Shown here: piece by piece, positions 13,623 through 27,731 of the stretch
How positions within the stretch are numbered: the first letter of the stretch is position 1
Layout: every line of letters begins with the position of its first letter
From: Chlorokybus atmophyticus
Lineage: Eukaryota; Plantae; Mesostigma and Chlorokybus algae
NCBI GenBank assembly: GCA_009103225.1
Contig: RHPI01002504.1
Span: 62,001-126,000, forward strand
Length of the DNA: 64,000 nucleotides
Direction of reading: 5' to 3'
Translations under genes and position numbers: made by a program
Notes under the pieces: generated by a model
Databases searched by the model: none
What the model saw: the letters and a program-made list of their open reading frames with translations, nothing else
What the model was told of the DNA's origin: nothing

Positions 13623-16600
13623 ATGTCGAGCGAGGCGGCTGCGTCCGCGATGACGGCTTCTCCCCGCCTGCACGCGAGCGTGGAGCAGGCGAGCCCGTCG
13701 AGTCCGCCAGATGTGAAGGCGACGTGGCGGACGACGATGTGGCAGGGGGCGGGGATATGCGCCATCGTCGTAGGGGCATACGGTGAGACGATCGGGTTGA
13801 GCAAAGGGACGTGCGCGTGCGTGCGTGTATAAGTGTGTGTGCGCACGCGCTCAAGCTCGCGCGCGTATGGACCTGTGTGCGTGTTTGTCATCGCGTACTG
13901 TTGTATTGCGCGTGCGTGTGCACGTATGCGTACCTGTGCAGATTCGTGTGCGCATGTGCTGGTGTGCGCATCTGTGCTTGTGCACTCATGCAAATAGCCA
14001 CATGCACACCTGCCCACCCCTCTCGCATCCCCCATCACCCTCATCACCACTTCCCCCCCACCCTCAGGCGGCTACCGCCTCGCCCGCTACTACTACTCTC
14101 AGCACCAGCGCGGCGTCAGGGGCAAGCACGACGACAGCAGCAGAGAGGAACAACGAAGCAGCGAGACGGAGTGTGAACCGTGCAAGGAGGATGAGGAGAG
14201 CGGGGTCATCGCGAGCATCACGGCGGCCATATCCAAGAAGATGCGTGAGTGATTGAGGGGTGGCGTTTGGGGGTGGAGTGGAGTTGGAGGGGAGGAGGGA
14301 TGTGGATGTGGATGTGGTATGAGTGGGTGGGTATGTGCATGTGCAAATGCACACGCGCTTTGCACTTGCGCGCACACTTACAGATACGTGCCTGTTCGAG
14401 TGCGCGCATGCATTGATGTGCACGTACGCGCACAAACGCGCGCACGCATGTGCATGCGCGCACGCACACGCACACGCATGTACACATGCGTACACCCGCA
14501 CGCGTACGCACGCGTTTGCATGCACAAGCACATGTGTGCGTACTCCCTCAACCCGCACTCACCGTTTCCTCCCCCCTCCCAGCCGGTCTGGACTCCGTGA
14601 TGCCGGACACCGCCGCCCGCGCCCTCCGCATCGTGGCGGACGGGATGTCTCGCACCGTCGGCGGCGTTGGGCCCTGGGGACTCGCGGAGATCACGTTCGG
14701 GCTGTACGCGCTGGCCAAGTACCACGAACGGGCGAGGGTGATGGATACGATAGGGAGAGAGAGACCGCTGGAGGTGAGAGGGAGGGGGTGGGTGGGTGCG
14801 TGTGCGTGTGCGTGTACAAGCGAGTGTGAGTGTGGGGGTGGGGGTGGGGGTGGGCATGCGCATGCATATGTGCGTATACGTGCATGTGCGTGTACGTGCA
14901 CACATGTGCGTGTGCATGTCTGCGGGGGGTTCTTGCTGGGACAATCCTTCATGTTGTTGGGTACGATTATTGGAGTCTGCCCTGTCGTATTCTTCAGGTG
15001 GATGAGGTGAAGGAGCTTCTGCGTGACATCGAGCTCGTGGACGCGGCATACTACGGCGAGAGCGAGGAGGACAAGGTGGCTTTTCTCAACCAGGACCTCA
15101 ATCGTCGCAAGGCGCTCATGAGGGTGAGTATTTCAGTACATGCTTGCGTTACAACCCATGTTGTGTCTCTGATTGTACATCACTGGGCAGGGGTACGTGT
15201 ACAAGTACGTGGCGCAGTCGGGGATACTCGACCCGGCGTACTTTGTGTGCGTGGACGACGAGATCAAGTGCATCGTCCTGTGCATACGCGGCACCGCCTC
15301 ACCCGCAGACATGCTCACAGACCTCACAGGGTACTGTACTGCATGCGCGTGCAAGCGTGTGCGCATGCGTGTGCATATGTGTCCGTGTTGTGCACAAGCA
15401 TGCTTCGCGTGCATGTGTGTGTGCATGCCTGGGCGCGCAGGCGTGCCTGCATGCGCGATTGTCTGGCATAGGCGCGTGTGCGTGCGTGCATGTGCGTGTG
15501 CGTGTGTATGGGCATGCGCACGTACGCGCACGCAGGTGTGTGCATGTGCGTGTGCGCGAGAGCATGTACCGACATGTGTGCTCATTTACTGCGATACTAC
15601 AACCTTTTCGTGCATCCTGCCTCCAGTACGAGTGAGAGGTGCGAGGCCGACGACGAGGACAGCAGCTTCTACAACCACTTTGTCCACTGCGGCATGCTCC
15701 ACTCCTCGCGCAACCTCGTCGAGAAAGAGCGCGAGAGTCTCCAGGAGCTGCTGGCGCAGCACCCGGGTTACGGACTCAAAGTCATCGGACACTCGCTCGG
15801 GGCGGGCACGGCGGCGCTGGTCACCATGGCGCTCAGGGAGAACAAAGAGGTGGGTGGGTGCGTGTGGGTGTCGATTTGACATATGAGGGTACTTGGGATC
15901 GATTGAGGTGGTGACGCATAAGCATGTGTGCGTGCGCGCGCGCGTGTGTCATGGGACGGTTACATGGTGCGTGACATGTGTGCACGTGTGCTTGCGCGGG
16001 GCGTGCACGCGCGTGCACGCGTGGCATCAGGGCACATGCATGTGCACGCATAACGCATGGTATACAGACAGGCGTTACATACATGATCAGACAGTGTTGA
16101 ATGCTGTATGTCTGCTGATATGCACAATCACCCGCAGTTTCTGGAGGCTGCGGGGATCGAGCGCGCGGCCATCCGATGTCTCGCTTTCGCGCCCCCGGCG
16201 TGCGTGTCCGCGCGTCTGGCGGACGACTTAGCCGACGCCGTCACCTCAATCGTACTGCAGGTGAGTGATGAACACATCAACACGACCGTTGTCATCAGCC
16301 GTTGCAAGTGGAATTGTGTGAGATGTGTGCGCATGTGTGCGTGCGCGGTTTTATACGTGCGTGTGCGTGTGCTTGCGTCCAACATGTGTGTAGGTAAGCA
16401 TATTGTGTTAGGTGCATAGCATTGTGTGGAGGGGTGTGTATTTGTATGTGTATCTGTGCATGTTTGTATGTGCGCATGCATGTTTGCACACGCATGTGCG
16501 TGCATGGGTGCACCCGTTTGTCATTCACCTCGTGAGTGACATGTGTGCATTATGTGCAGGATGACATTGTGCCGAGGGCGTCGTTGAGTGCGTTGGAGGA

Positions 16601-17348
16601 TTTGAGGACGGAGATCCTGTTGACGGATTGGAAGACGGCCGTGGGCGTGGACGACAAGGACACGGGCGCGATCATGCTGTACCTTCACGACTACGTCTCC
16701 CAGGCCATGCAGCAGAGCCAACCGACCATGCAGCAGGTCGAAGCGTGGATACGACACTCGGGATCACTCAAGAGAGCCAAAGAGCAATTTGGCGGCAAGG
16801 AGAAGCTTGAGGAGGTGAGTGAAGTGGGTGGTGGTGATGGTGGTATTGTGAAATGTTGCGTTGTTGCGTTTAATGGGAGTGTTTTGTGCTTTATTCAAAC
16901 ACCCATGCACATCCATGATAACACCCGCACTCGCGCGCGCACACACACGTGCCCGAGTGTGCAGTTGTAAGCAGGCACACACATGCACATCTGTGCGCAA
17001 ACGCGCAGACACGTTCACCGACCCACATGCACAGTCAACTCTGGCCCCACGCGCGTACACTTTCACGCACACAGACACTCTCTTGCGCAGGTTGAGGAGA
17101 AGACGGCTCAGAGCAGTGAGGACGTGACTCAGCTCTCCAAGGCGATGCAGCTGATGCGTTCGTGGGGCATCGACGTGAGCGACTTGGAAGATCAGCAAGA
17201 CAGACAGGAGGAGGCCAAGCGCGACCCCAACAAGGACTCACCACCACCTAGTCCCGCACTCGATGAGACGCAAAGACTGTACCCGCCGGGGAAATTAGTA
17301 CACATCATACGCGTACCAGAAGAAGAAGTCAACAACAAGGAGAACACC

Positions 17349-17391
<43 letters not shown>

Positions 17392-17744
17392 GTGACAATG
17401 GCCATGGCAATGGGACCAAGGCACTTGATGGTGAGGCTGTTGATGGGCATGGTGAGGGTGAGGCCACGTCCACGTCTTCGTGGTGGTCTATTGGTTTGTG
17501 GAGCAGCGACACTGGCGACAACAGCAAGAATAACGGCGACAGCAACAACAGCAACGACAACAAGAAGATGAGGTACGAGGCGTGGTGGGGCGAGCCGGGC
17601 CAACGATTTGAGAAGATTGTGTTGTCGGACGGGATGGTAAACGACCACTTCACGGAGCAGTACCGCGACGCTCTTCGCGCCGTGCTCCAACGCATCGCAC
17701 CAGAAGAAGAAGAGGCTGCTGAGCCCGTCCCCGCACAAAAGTGA
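13623..17744 (+). CDS. Class-3 lipase, diacylglycerol-lipase-like, 9 exons
   Basis: Spliced reading gives IVLCIRGTASPADMLTDL; VHCGMLHSS; LKVIGHSLGAGTAAL; CLAFAPPACVS; DDIVPRAS; LYPPGKLVHI; FEKIVLSDGMVNDHF. The last exon has a poly-Asn (AAC)n tract. Confidence 0.9.
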
Positions 17745-18306
17745 CAGTGTGTGTTGTTGAGCAGTACCCGTTGATCGCCTCTAACGTTGGTGTCGGGGTA
17801 GTGAACTAGCTGGGTGTGAGTGGGGTTCATGTTGGATTTGTGCGTAGCGCAGTTGGGGTAGGCTAGCAGGTGGTGAGTGCATGTGCTGCAAGTGGCGCAG
17901 CAAGGACGCGTGTGGGGGTGTGTGCGTGTTGTGATGTGCAGGGAGGCAGGTGAGTGATCCTGCATGTTTAGACATGGATAGTTGCGTTGTTTGGTGTGCC
18001 AAGAAGTGAATACCAAACCGTCTTTGCCTCCCCTCTCTTATCGGTCCCTGTTGCATACAACAAGATGACATAACATTCAGGGCCAGACCATGCTCTAGCT
18101 TGCAGGAAGCTACAGTATGGTATGCCATCTAATTGTCGGTTTGTGGATGAAAGATGAAAAGTTTGTGCATTGCTGCTTTGCTCGCTGCGACCATACCTAC
18201 GTGCATGACTGTGTTGCATTATTGCGCTCTTCACCTTGATGTCAGGGCGCACTTGCAATAGGAGCGCGTTTCATTTCATCTGGCTGCCATGCACATGTAC
18301 CAATAC

Positions 18307-18497
18307 TTGGTGCTACATGCACTGCTCGCATGGGTGAACTAGTCGTTGCACAACCTACAGTTTCATTGCTTTCACTGCCGCAGCATTCTGGGAATATAGG
18401 TTAATGATACTGTAGGTTGTGCAACAACTAGTTCACCCATGCGAGCAGTGCATGTTGCACCAACCTATATACCCAGAATGCTGCGACAGTGAAAGCA
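18307..18497. repeat. Interleaved inverted repeats A-B-A'-B'
   Basis: A 18307-18367 pairs with A' 18403-18463 (3 mismatches). The loop B 18368-18402 is the reverse complement of B' 18462-18496 (2 mismatches). Confidence 0.9.
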
Positions 18498-19166
18498 TGC
18501 ACAGGATGTGCATTTGCTGAGTGTCAACAGTGCAGCACCGCACATATACTATTGGGCCAGGGTAATCGGTTGAGATAGTCGTAATACCTCAATCATATAG
18601 GCAGTGCAGACATAAACAGCGTGCAGTTTCAGGTCTGCAACGCCAATGCAGTTGCAAGCCTGGTGCTTACTACTGAATCAGATGTGGCACACTTCCACAA
18701 GTGCTAGAGCACTCACTTACCTGAAGCTCGTTTTCCTGCTGACAACCAGCAGAGACAATGCGGCCGCACGCGTAGGAACAATTTGCACAAAGGCTAGATA
18801 TTCATTGAAGCCAATGAAGCCCTTCAGAGACATCTCAATTTACAGTAGTACTGTTGTCTACAGGCGACTTAAACCGCTACTTGACAGCCGCTCGAGCTGC
18901 ATCCATGCCATCATCCTTTGGAAAGCATCCGGTGCAGAACATACTATGATGCTACCTCGCCACTGATGATGCGGCCAACATGCTACCTGTCATAAGGTGT
19001 GCACACCTGTCAGGAGCAGCAATTAGATAAGTGCTCTCATACCAGACACCAATAGTGGTAACTAAGCCGCCACATGCAAATAAAGTAAACATCAGGCATA
19101 GCAATCGAGGCTGCTAATGCCTCAACAGCACTAGCTTCTACTTCACTTATACTCACCTGTGCAAGT

Positions 19167-19652
19167 TTACTTCTCTGAAGAGTTAGGGCCGCGCTTCTTG
19201 CCAAAACCAACGACTGCAGCACAACGCAGAGAAAGGATGAATATTATGTCAACAGTCAAGCTCCCAAACGACAGGCCATGTGAAGGGACGCAGCAGACCA
19301 ACAGATATCAACCATAACTATGGATCAACCAACCTCTGGATGCAACATACCCTAAACTACAGCATCAACAGCAGGAAAGTATGCCCGGATGTATGTTCGC
19401 ATATGGAAGCAAAGGTCTGTGCGAGCAAGTGCCACCCAAATCCAACAACCCAGCTGCAGTTTGCTTCTTATACCGCAATTCAGTATGCAAAGCATGAGAG
19501 CAACACCCACCAACGTTGACGAAGCGTCGGTTGTATTTGAGGCGCTTCATGGCCCGTCCAGTCGCCTTCTTCTTCTTGTCCTGCTTGGCGACCTTGGGCG
19601 TCTGCCCGCGGACCTTGCCAGCACGCGCCAACGATCCGTGCACCTTACCCAT
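19167..19652 (-). CDS. RPS30: 40S ribosomal protein S30 (eS30), 62 aa, 2 coding exons (19652-19511, 19213-19167), no ubiquitin-like fusion
   Basis: [62 protein letters not shown]. Confidence 0.97.
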
Positions 19653-19768
19653 GGCTGCTCCCTGACCAAGCAAGCCGGATCAGACAAGGGCAAGCCGCTA
19701 AACCCGCCCCGCAGTCGACGCCGCCGACGCCAAGGACGAGGACAAAGAGGCCGTCATGGAGGCGGCGG

Positions 19769-19777
19769 CTAGGGTTT
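19769..19777 (-). promoter_or_regulatory. Telo-box (AAACCCTAG) upstream of RPS30
   Basis: + strand ctagggttt; telo-boxes are typical of plant ribosomal-protein gene 5' regions. Confidence 0.55.
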
Positions 19778-20190
19778 CACCGATTCACCCCGATCGACCG
19801 AACCGGATTACTGAATCCTGTTCTAGGAAGCCGGAACACAGAAGCCGAGTTGATAAAGCCAAGAGTAGCTAGGAAGCGCGGAAGCCAAACGGCAAGCCAC
19901 AACATAACGTCAGCGTTACGCAAGAGAACAAGATGTGGAGAAGTTCGTGGGACTTTTGAGTGGGTATTTTAGCTGCCAGTTTATTGGGGCGTGGAAGTCT
20001 GAAGACAATTTCTTGCAGCGTCGGAGCATGCATTTGGGCTGTTTGCATGCTTCAATTTGTTGGCATTAGTGTCGTCGTTGGCGGCAGCGGCGGAAGAGGC
20101 GGTGGCGACGGAGGAGGCGGCGCTGTCGCTGCGAAGGTTGTGGTCGTCTTGGTTGTGGTGTTAGGTGTCGTCCTTTTCCTTTCAGCGTGA

Positions 20191-22910
20191 ATGGCGCGTA
20201 AGAAGATCCGCGAGTATGACTCCAAGAGGCTGCTGCGTGCGCATCTGCTTCGCCTAGCTGGCATTCAGCTGGACCTCAAAGCTGTTCAGGTGAGCAGTGG
20301 AGGGAAATGAATCTGTTTCAGCGCATGCATTTTGTTGCAGTTGCATTGCTGTTGTGTGCTTGTGAATTTGTCGTTTCTTGTTCGCATGCTGGCGTGATTG
20401 CTGCTGGTTGTTGCAGCAATGGCTGTATGCAGTTGATGGGCAATGTTGCGCTTGATGTGGCAAAGCAGCTTGTGGTCGATTGGTTGGGTATTATGATTGC
20501 ATGAGACTATGCTTGCTCTTATTAGTGCTGCTGCAAGCGTGTGTCACAGCGCAAGCTCTCTTTCTAAGACGTGTCTCATTGCAAGTGCGTGCTGCGTGTC
20601 CGCATTGGCGTTCTTCATATTGAAATTCATCACAAGTCGACAACCAACCGTATATTATTGTCGTCACTCAAGCATGTCGAGATGCAAGCAGCATTGCTAC
20701 CTTGCTCTACCAAGCTTAGCTGCACGAAGTCCGAGCCTGCAACTCAGTTCATGCATGCTTTGATATGATGTCGAAAATGCTGGCATTTGATGATAACGTA
20801 AACCCATCGCATTATTAAGATATAACTTGCAAGTGTTGTGTGCGCCCACACTCGAGTGTTACACAGGTCACAAAGGACACGGACTGGGCTTTGTTGGCCA
20901 AGGAGAACCCATGGCTGGCGGACATGAAGCTGGTGGTGAAGCCGGACGCGCTGTTTGGCAAGCGTGGCAAGAGCGGTCTGGTGGGTCTCAACTTGAGTCT
21001 CCCGGACGCACAGACCTTCATTGCCGAGCGCATGGGCAAGGACGCCGACGTAGAAGGCACTCGCGGGCCCGTTCATCACTTCATTGTGGAGCCTTTCGTC
21101 CCGCATGAGAAGGAGCTTTACTTGTCCATTGTCTCAGACCGGCTTGGTGCCAAGGTGAGTGTTTGACAATCGCATGTTGTGACCAATCACCCTCTTTTTG
21201 TTGGTGCCTTGGTGACCAATGGTAGCAATGCTGCAGGTTTCATTTTCGGATGCAGGAGGCGTAGAGGTGGAGGAGAACTGGGAGCGGATGCGGTCTGTGG
21301 TTGTGCCGACAGACGCTCCGCTCACCCCCGATCTGCTCGCACCCCTGGTTGCACCCCTCCCACTTGAGGTACGCTATATCTGGGCTGTGTTGCAGTGTCA
21401 GTGAACCATTGAGCGTGCATGCGTGCTCGTTCTTGTGTTCATGCACATGGCACGCGCATGCATGTGCGCATGCCTGTGTGTGCGCGCGCGTGTGGTTGTG
21501 TGCAAGCGCGCGCTGTGCATGGCTGCCTGTGCGCATGTGCAGTGATCGCTTAATGAGTCATACTGCTAATTGGCCATGCAGGCGCGCTCAAAGGTGGAGA
21601 CCTTCATCAGAGCCGCATTCGCCGTTTACCAGGTAGCTGCTCAGCAGTCAAGGCCGCCACACAAGCATATTTTTCTCTTTGCCACGCATCTGTGCAAGGC
21701 TTCTCATCAAACTCAATGCGTGTAGGACCTGGACTTTACGCTGTTGGAGATGAACCCCCTGGCGCTGGTCGACAATGAGCCCTACCCTCTCGACATGCGA
21801 GGGGAGGTGGATGACACGGCAGCGTTCAAGCAGTCCAAGAATTGGGGCGATGACCTCGAGTTCCCGCAACCCTTCGGACGTGTCATGTCACCTTCTGAGG
21901 AGCAGGCAAGAGCAGTGCTGAACAGTACAAACACTTGTACACAACAAGTACGTGCCGTTGGCTTGATTAATCTGTTGTGTCTACACAGGTGCATGCTTTA
22001 GACGAGAAGACAGGTGCGTCGTTGAAGCTGACTATCCTCAACCCGCGCGGTCGCATCTGGACGATGGTTGCCGGTGGCGGCGCCAGCGTCATCTACTCGG
22101 ACACTGTCGGCGATCTTGGCATGGCGAGCGAGCTGGGCAACTATGCTGAGTATTCAGGCGCACCAAACCAGGTAACCTCCTTGCTTACACCTCGCACATT
22201 GAAAACAACTTCATGAAGCCAGTAACATTGGTAGCCTCGGCTTTGGCACTTTGCTAGAAGTATGAGACAGCGTAAACGATAGCGTTGCTGGTTCATAATC
22301 GTGATACACCCCTCTCTGGCAGGAGGAGACGCTAAAGTTTGCCCGTGTTCTGCTTGACTGTGCTACAGCTCCTCCTCACGATGGCCGCAACCGCGCGCTT
22401 GTCGTCGGCGGCGGCATTGCCAACTTCACTGACGTGTCACAGACCTTCCGTGGCATCATTCAGGTAACCTGCTTGTACAACAATGTCGTGTGCATGTGTA
22501 TTTGTGTGCATGCTTGCATGTGCTCGTGTGCGTGTCTGTGCGTGTGTCTGATAGCAACTGTTGTCTTTTAAGGCCATGCGCGAGAAGCAAGAGCAGCTGA
22601 AGGCGGCCAAGATGCGCATCTACGTGAGGCGTGGAGGCCCAAACTATGAGGCCGGGCTGAAGTTGATGAAGCAGCTTGGTGAAGAAATCGTCGTCCCCTT
22701 TGAGGTATGCACTCTGATATGACGGATGCAAGTTGTCATCATTTTTTGCTGGATGCATGACACACGCACAGTGTGGACGCATGCATGTGGGGATGTTTGA
22801 CTTAAATTGATAGGCTGTTCTGATAATCGTCATCACAGGTGCACGGCCCGGAAGCCAGCATGACCGGCATCTGTAAGGCAGCCATTGATTGGATCAAACA
22901 AACTCCATGA
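20191..22910 (+). CDS. ACLA: ATP-citrate lyase subunit A (alpha chain), 9 exons
   Basis: [15 protein letters not shown]; [19 protein letters not shown]; [10 protein letters not shown]; LEMNP...[15 protein letters not shown]; [23 protein letters not shown]...[12 protein letters not shown]; [10 protein letters not shown]; [10 protein letters not shown]; [12 protein letters not shown]. Confidence 0.97.
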
Positions 22911-23309
22911 AGAGCAGCAGTAGTAGCAGTTTATGTACAACAGCAGGCGCTGCAGGCATTGCTGCAACCTCTGCATGCCGCGAATAACTGTGTTGCCTGT
23001 GTGTAGGTGCACAGTGCGTATGAGTAACCCATGCAAACAGCTTGAGACTGCGTGCGTGCGTGCGTGCATGTGGTGAACTGCAGTAACAGCGTGTGAGCAT
23101 CATCTGGGCCATGCCCTGTCCATCCATTTATGTGGAAGGGCTTGAGCTTTGCTAGCATGAACCGTTGAGCCTGCAAGTTGCCGATGCAGCCAGGTCGGTC
23201 AAGACTGACTGACCATTGCCAACAACTCAGACTCTTGCAGAGCCCCCTCTTTGGAGCTATGGAACTTTTGCAAAGGCAGCTCCTCCTATCAGTGGGTTGA
23301 GCTGCGCAC

Positions 23310-24050
23310 TGACAGCGCCCTACCCTACCGCCCGTGACAGCCGACATGACAGCCTAGTGTATGAAGAGGCACGCCGTCTGGAGCTGGGCGGCAAGTCGCA
23401 TCCTGCTTTAAGGTAGTCCCAATGGTGCTGTTGTGGTCGATGCGGGCGTGAAGCCCGAGGCGCACACCTGCAAGGACATCTTCTTGGCCCGCGGCGGTCT
23501 TTCGCTCAAGGCGCATGCGAATCAAGGTCGTGTGCCAACGCGACTGTCGTGACACGGCTTTGCTGGCATGCGCCGCGTATTTGTTGATTTATCTTTATCA
23601 AGCCTTTATGGTAAAACTACTTGCTGACATCTGCCTCCTCATCCGCAAAAGCCGTATCTCCCCAACAGGTCTTTGGGAACGACGGCGCCTTCACTCAAGG
23701 CCTTTGAGCACACGTACCAAGAACTGTCCTTGCAGTGCCTCCGGATTCACGCGTCCGCATCAACCACAACAAGTCCAATGCCATGCAACTGTTGCATGGC
23801 ATTGACCTCTTTGTTGTGCATTGCATCAGGCGTTTGGACCGCCTTGAACGACACTGACGTGCCTTGCGCCCAGGTCCGGACTAGCGACATCCGCAAGAAG
23901 GCCGGACTGGGGTTGAGCACAGCAGTGACTATGCGCAATGCAGGCTGAATGGGCATCAAGCACGACTCTCTCTCAGTGGTAATGGATCGTATTGGGCTGT
24001 CACGTCAGCTGCCACGGGCGCTGAACGGGCGCTCTGTCAGCGCCCATCCA
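23310..24050. repeat. Degenerate long inverted repeat
   Basis: The reverse complement of 23331-23354 matches 23995-24018 at 21/24. The reverse complement of 23429-23478 aligns with 23725-23771. Confidence 0.65.
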
Positions 24051-24191
24051 TAGCCCGTGCTGCTGACAAGTCTGCGCATTGTTTTAAAGCGCAGAGTTTG
24101 GAAAAGGCAGCCCCAACGATATCGTCTAGCCTGCCTCCTGGTTGCGGTGCTGCAGCTCAATACGCCACCATCGCCGCCCAAGCCTTGCGCC

Positions 24192-26275
<2,084 letters not shown>

Positions 26276-27498
26276 AGAGAGATGCGGTCAAGTTTGTGTT
26301 TCCGTCTCATCAGCATGCATTTGACCTTGTACCAACAGAGTGTATGATAGCAGGGTTTTGTATAGCCGCAGCAGTGCTGCGCAACCTCTTGTTGTGCAGC
26401 AAGAACGGTCCGTGTACAGGGCGTGCATGGTATTGATTGGGGGACTCGTGCCTGTCAACAACCAAATACCTTTGTTACACGTAAGTGTGTACCAAGCGCA
26501 GGCGCAGAGTTCCCATATTATCATTGTTGTCTATCAGTTATCACACAATTCGTTGTGACTGTGTCTCATGCATACCAGTAGAGCCAATGCGCACAAGACC
26601 TTGGTTGCAGTGCCGTCGTCGCATGCTTTGTGTTCATGCACTCAACAAGATTGACGCTTCACCCCTTGATGGTAATGTTGCGTGTAACTAAAAGCATGCA
26701 CACATACATCCTTGCATTCTATTTATTATACAATACGCTCGTCGTGGTGATACATCAAACCGCAAACAGAGCCAAAACAGATGTGGTGTCTCCAACTTTG
26801 ATACAATTGTGCATCGCATTTCTTAAATACGTACGCACACCCAACGCCACCACCCAACCCCACTACTAGCACCTAACTGCCAGCAGCGACACAACGCTGC
26901 AGCACCACTACGCAGTGCGGACTTGCGCTGCGCACCGAAAGCAACGTGACGCAGAGGGAGCCAGAGCCGAAGGGGCGGGGCAGAGGGGCCCTGCCTAACA
27001 CACAAAGCGGCAAGGGTTACAACACAAGCGTGTGAAGGCGGAGACGGGCGTGGGATGACTGAGTGGGCGTGGGAGGAGGGAGAGGGGGCGTGAGAGGAGA
27101 GAGAAGAGAGAGAGGGAAGGAGGAGGGGCGAGAGGGAGAGAGAGGAGAGGGGGAACGCATGCGCATGCTGCATTGTCCTGTTGTAACGCTACTCTGCGTC
27201 CATACTACGTTGGCCTGACGCTGTTGCGGGTGCCATCCACAGGTGATGATTGAGAAAACCCGCATGCATGCATGACTAACGGTGTAGCCAAAGTAGTTGT
27301 AGTAAATGAAGAAGTTCATAGCTTTAGCCCGGTGGTGAGATGATAAGGTGACTGCCACTGACTGCTTGCATGCGTGGTATGCGTCACAACATGCATGACT
27401 AATACTTGTGACACTGTGCATACAATCCTTCGAGCATACCATCTTTTGTACACACGCACAACGACCAAACCCCCCCCCCCCTCCCCACCAACATAAAA

Positions 27499-27731
27499 NN
27501 NNNNNNNNNNNNNNNNNNNNNNNNNNNNNNNNNNNNNNNNNNNNNNNNNNNNNNNNNNNNNNNNNNNNNNNNNNNNNNNNNNNNNNNNNNNNNNNNNNNN
27601 NNNNNNNNNNNNNNNNNNNNNNNNNNNNNNNNNNNNNNNNNNNNNNNNNNNNNNNNNNNNNNNNNNNNNNNNNNNNNNNNNNNNNNNNNNNNNNNNNNNN
27701 NNNNNNNNNNNNNNNNNNNNNNNNNNNNNNN
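27499..27731. other. Assembly gap (N run)
   Basis: Ns in the sequence, preceded by a C run. Confidence 1.

Noticed and set aside
6500-17200. Many Cys/Val/His/Thr-rich ORFs on both strands
   Set aside because: They come from (CA/TG)n intron sequence; the real coding signal is the spliced lipase exons.
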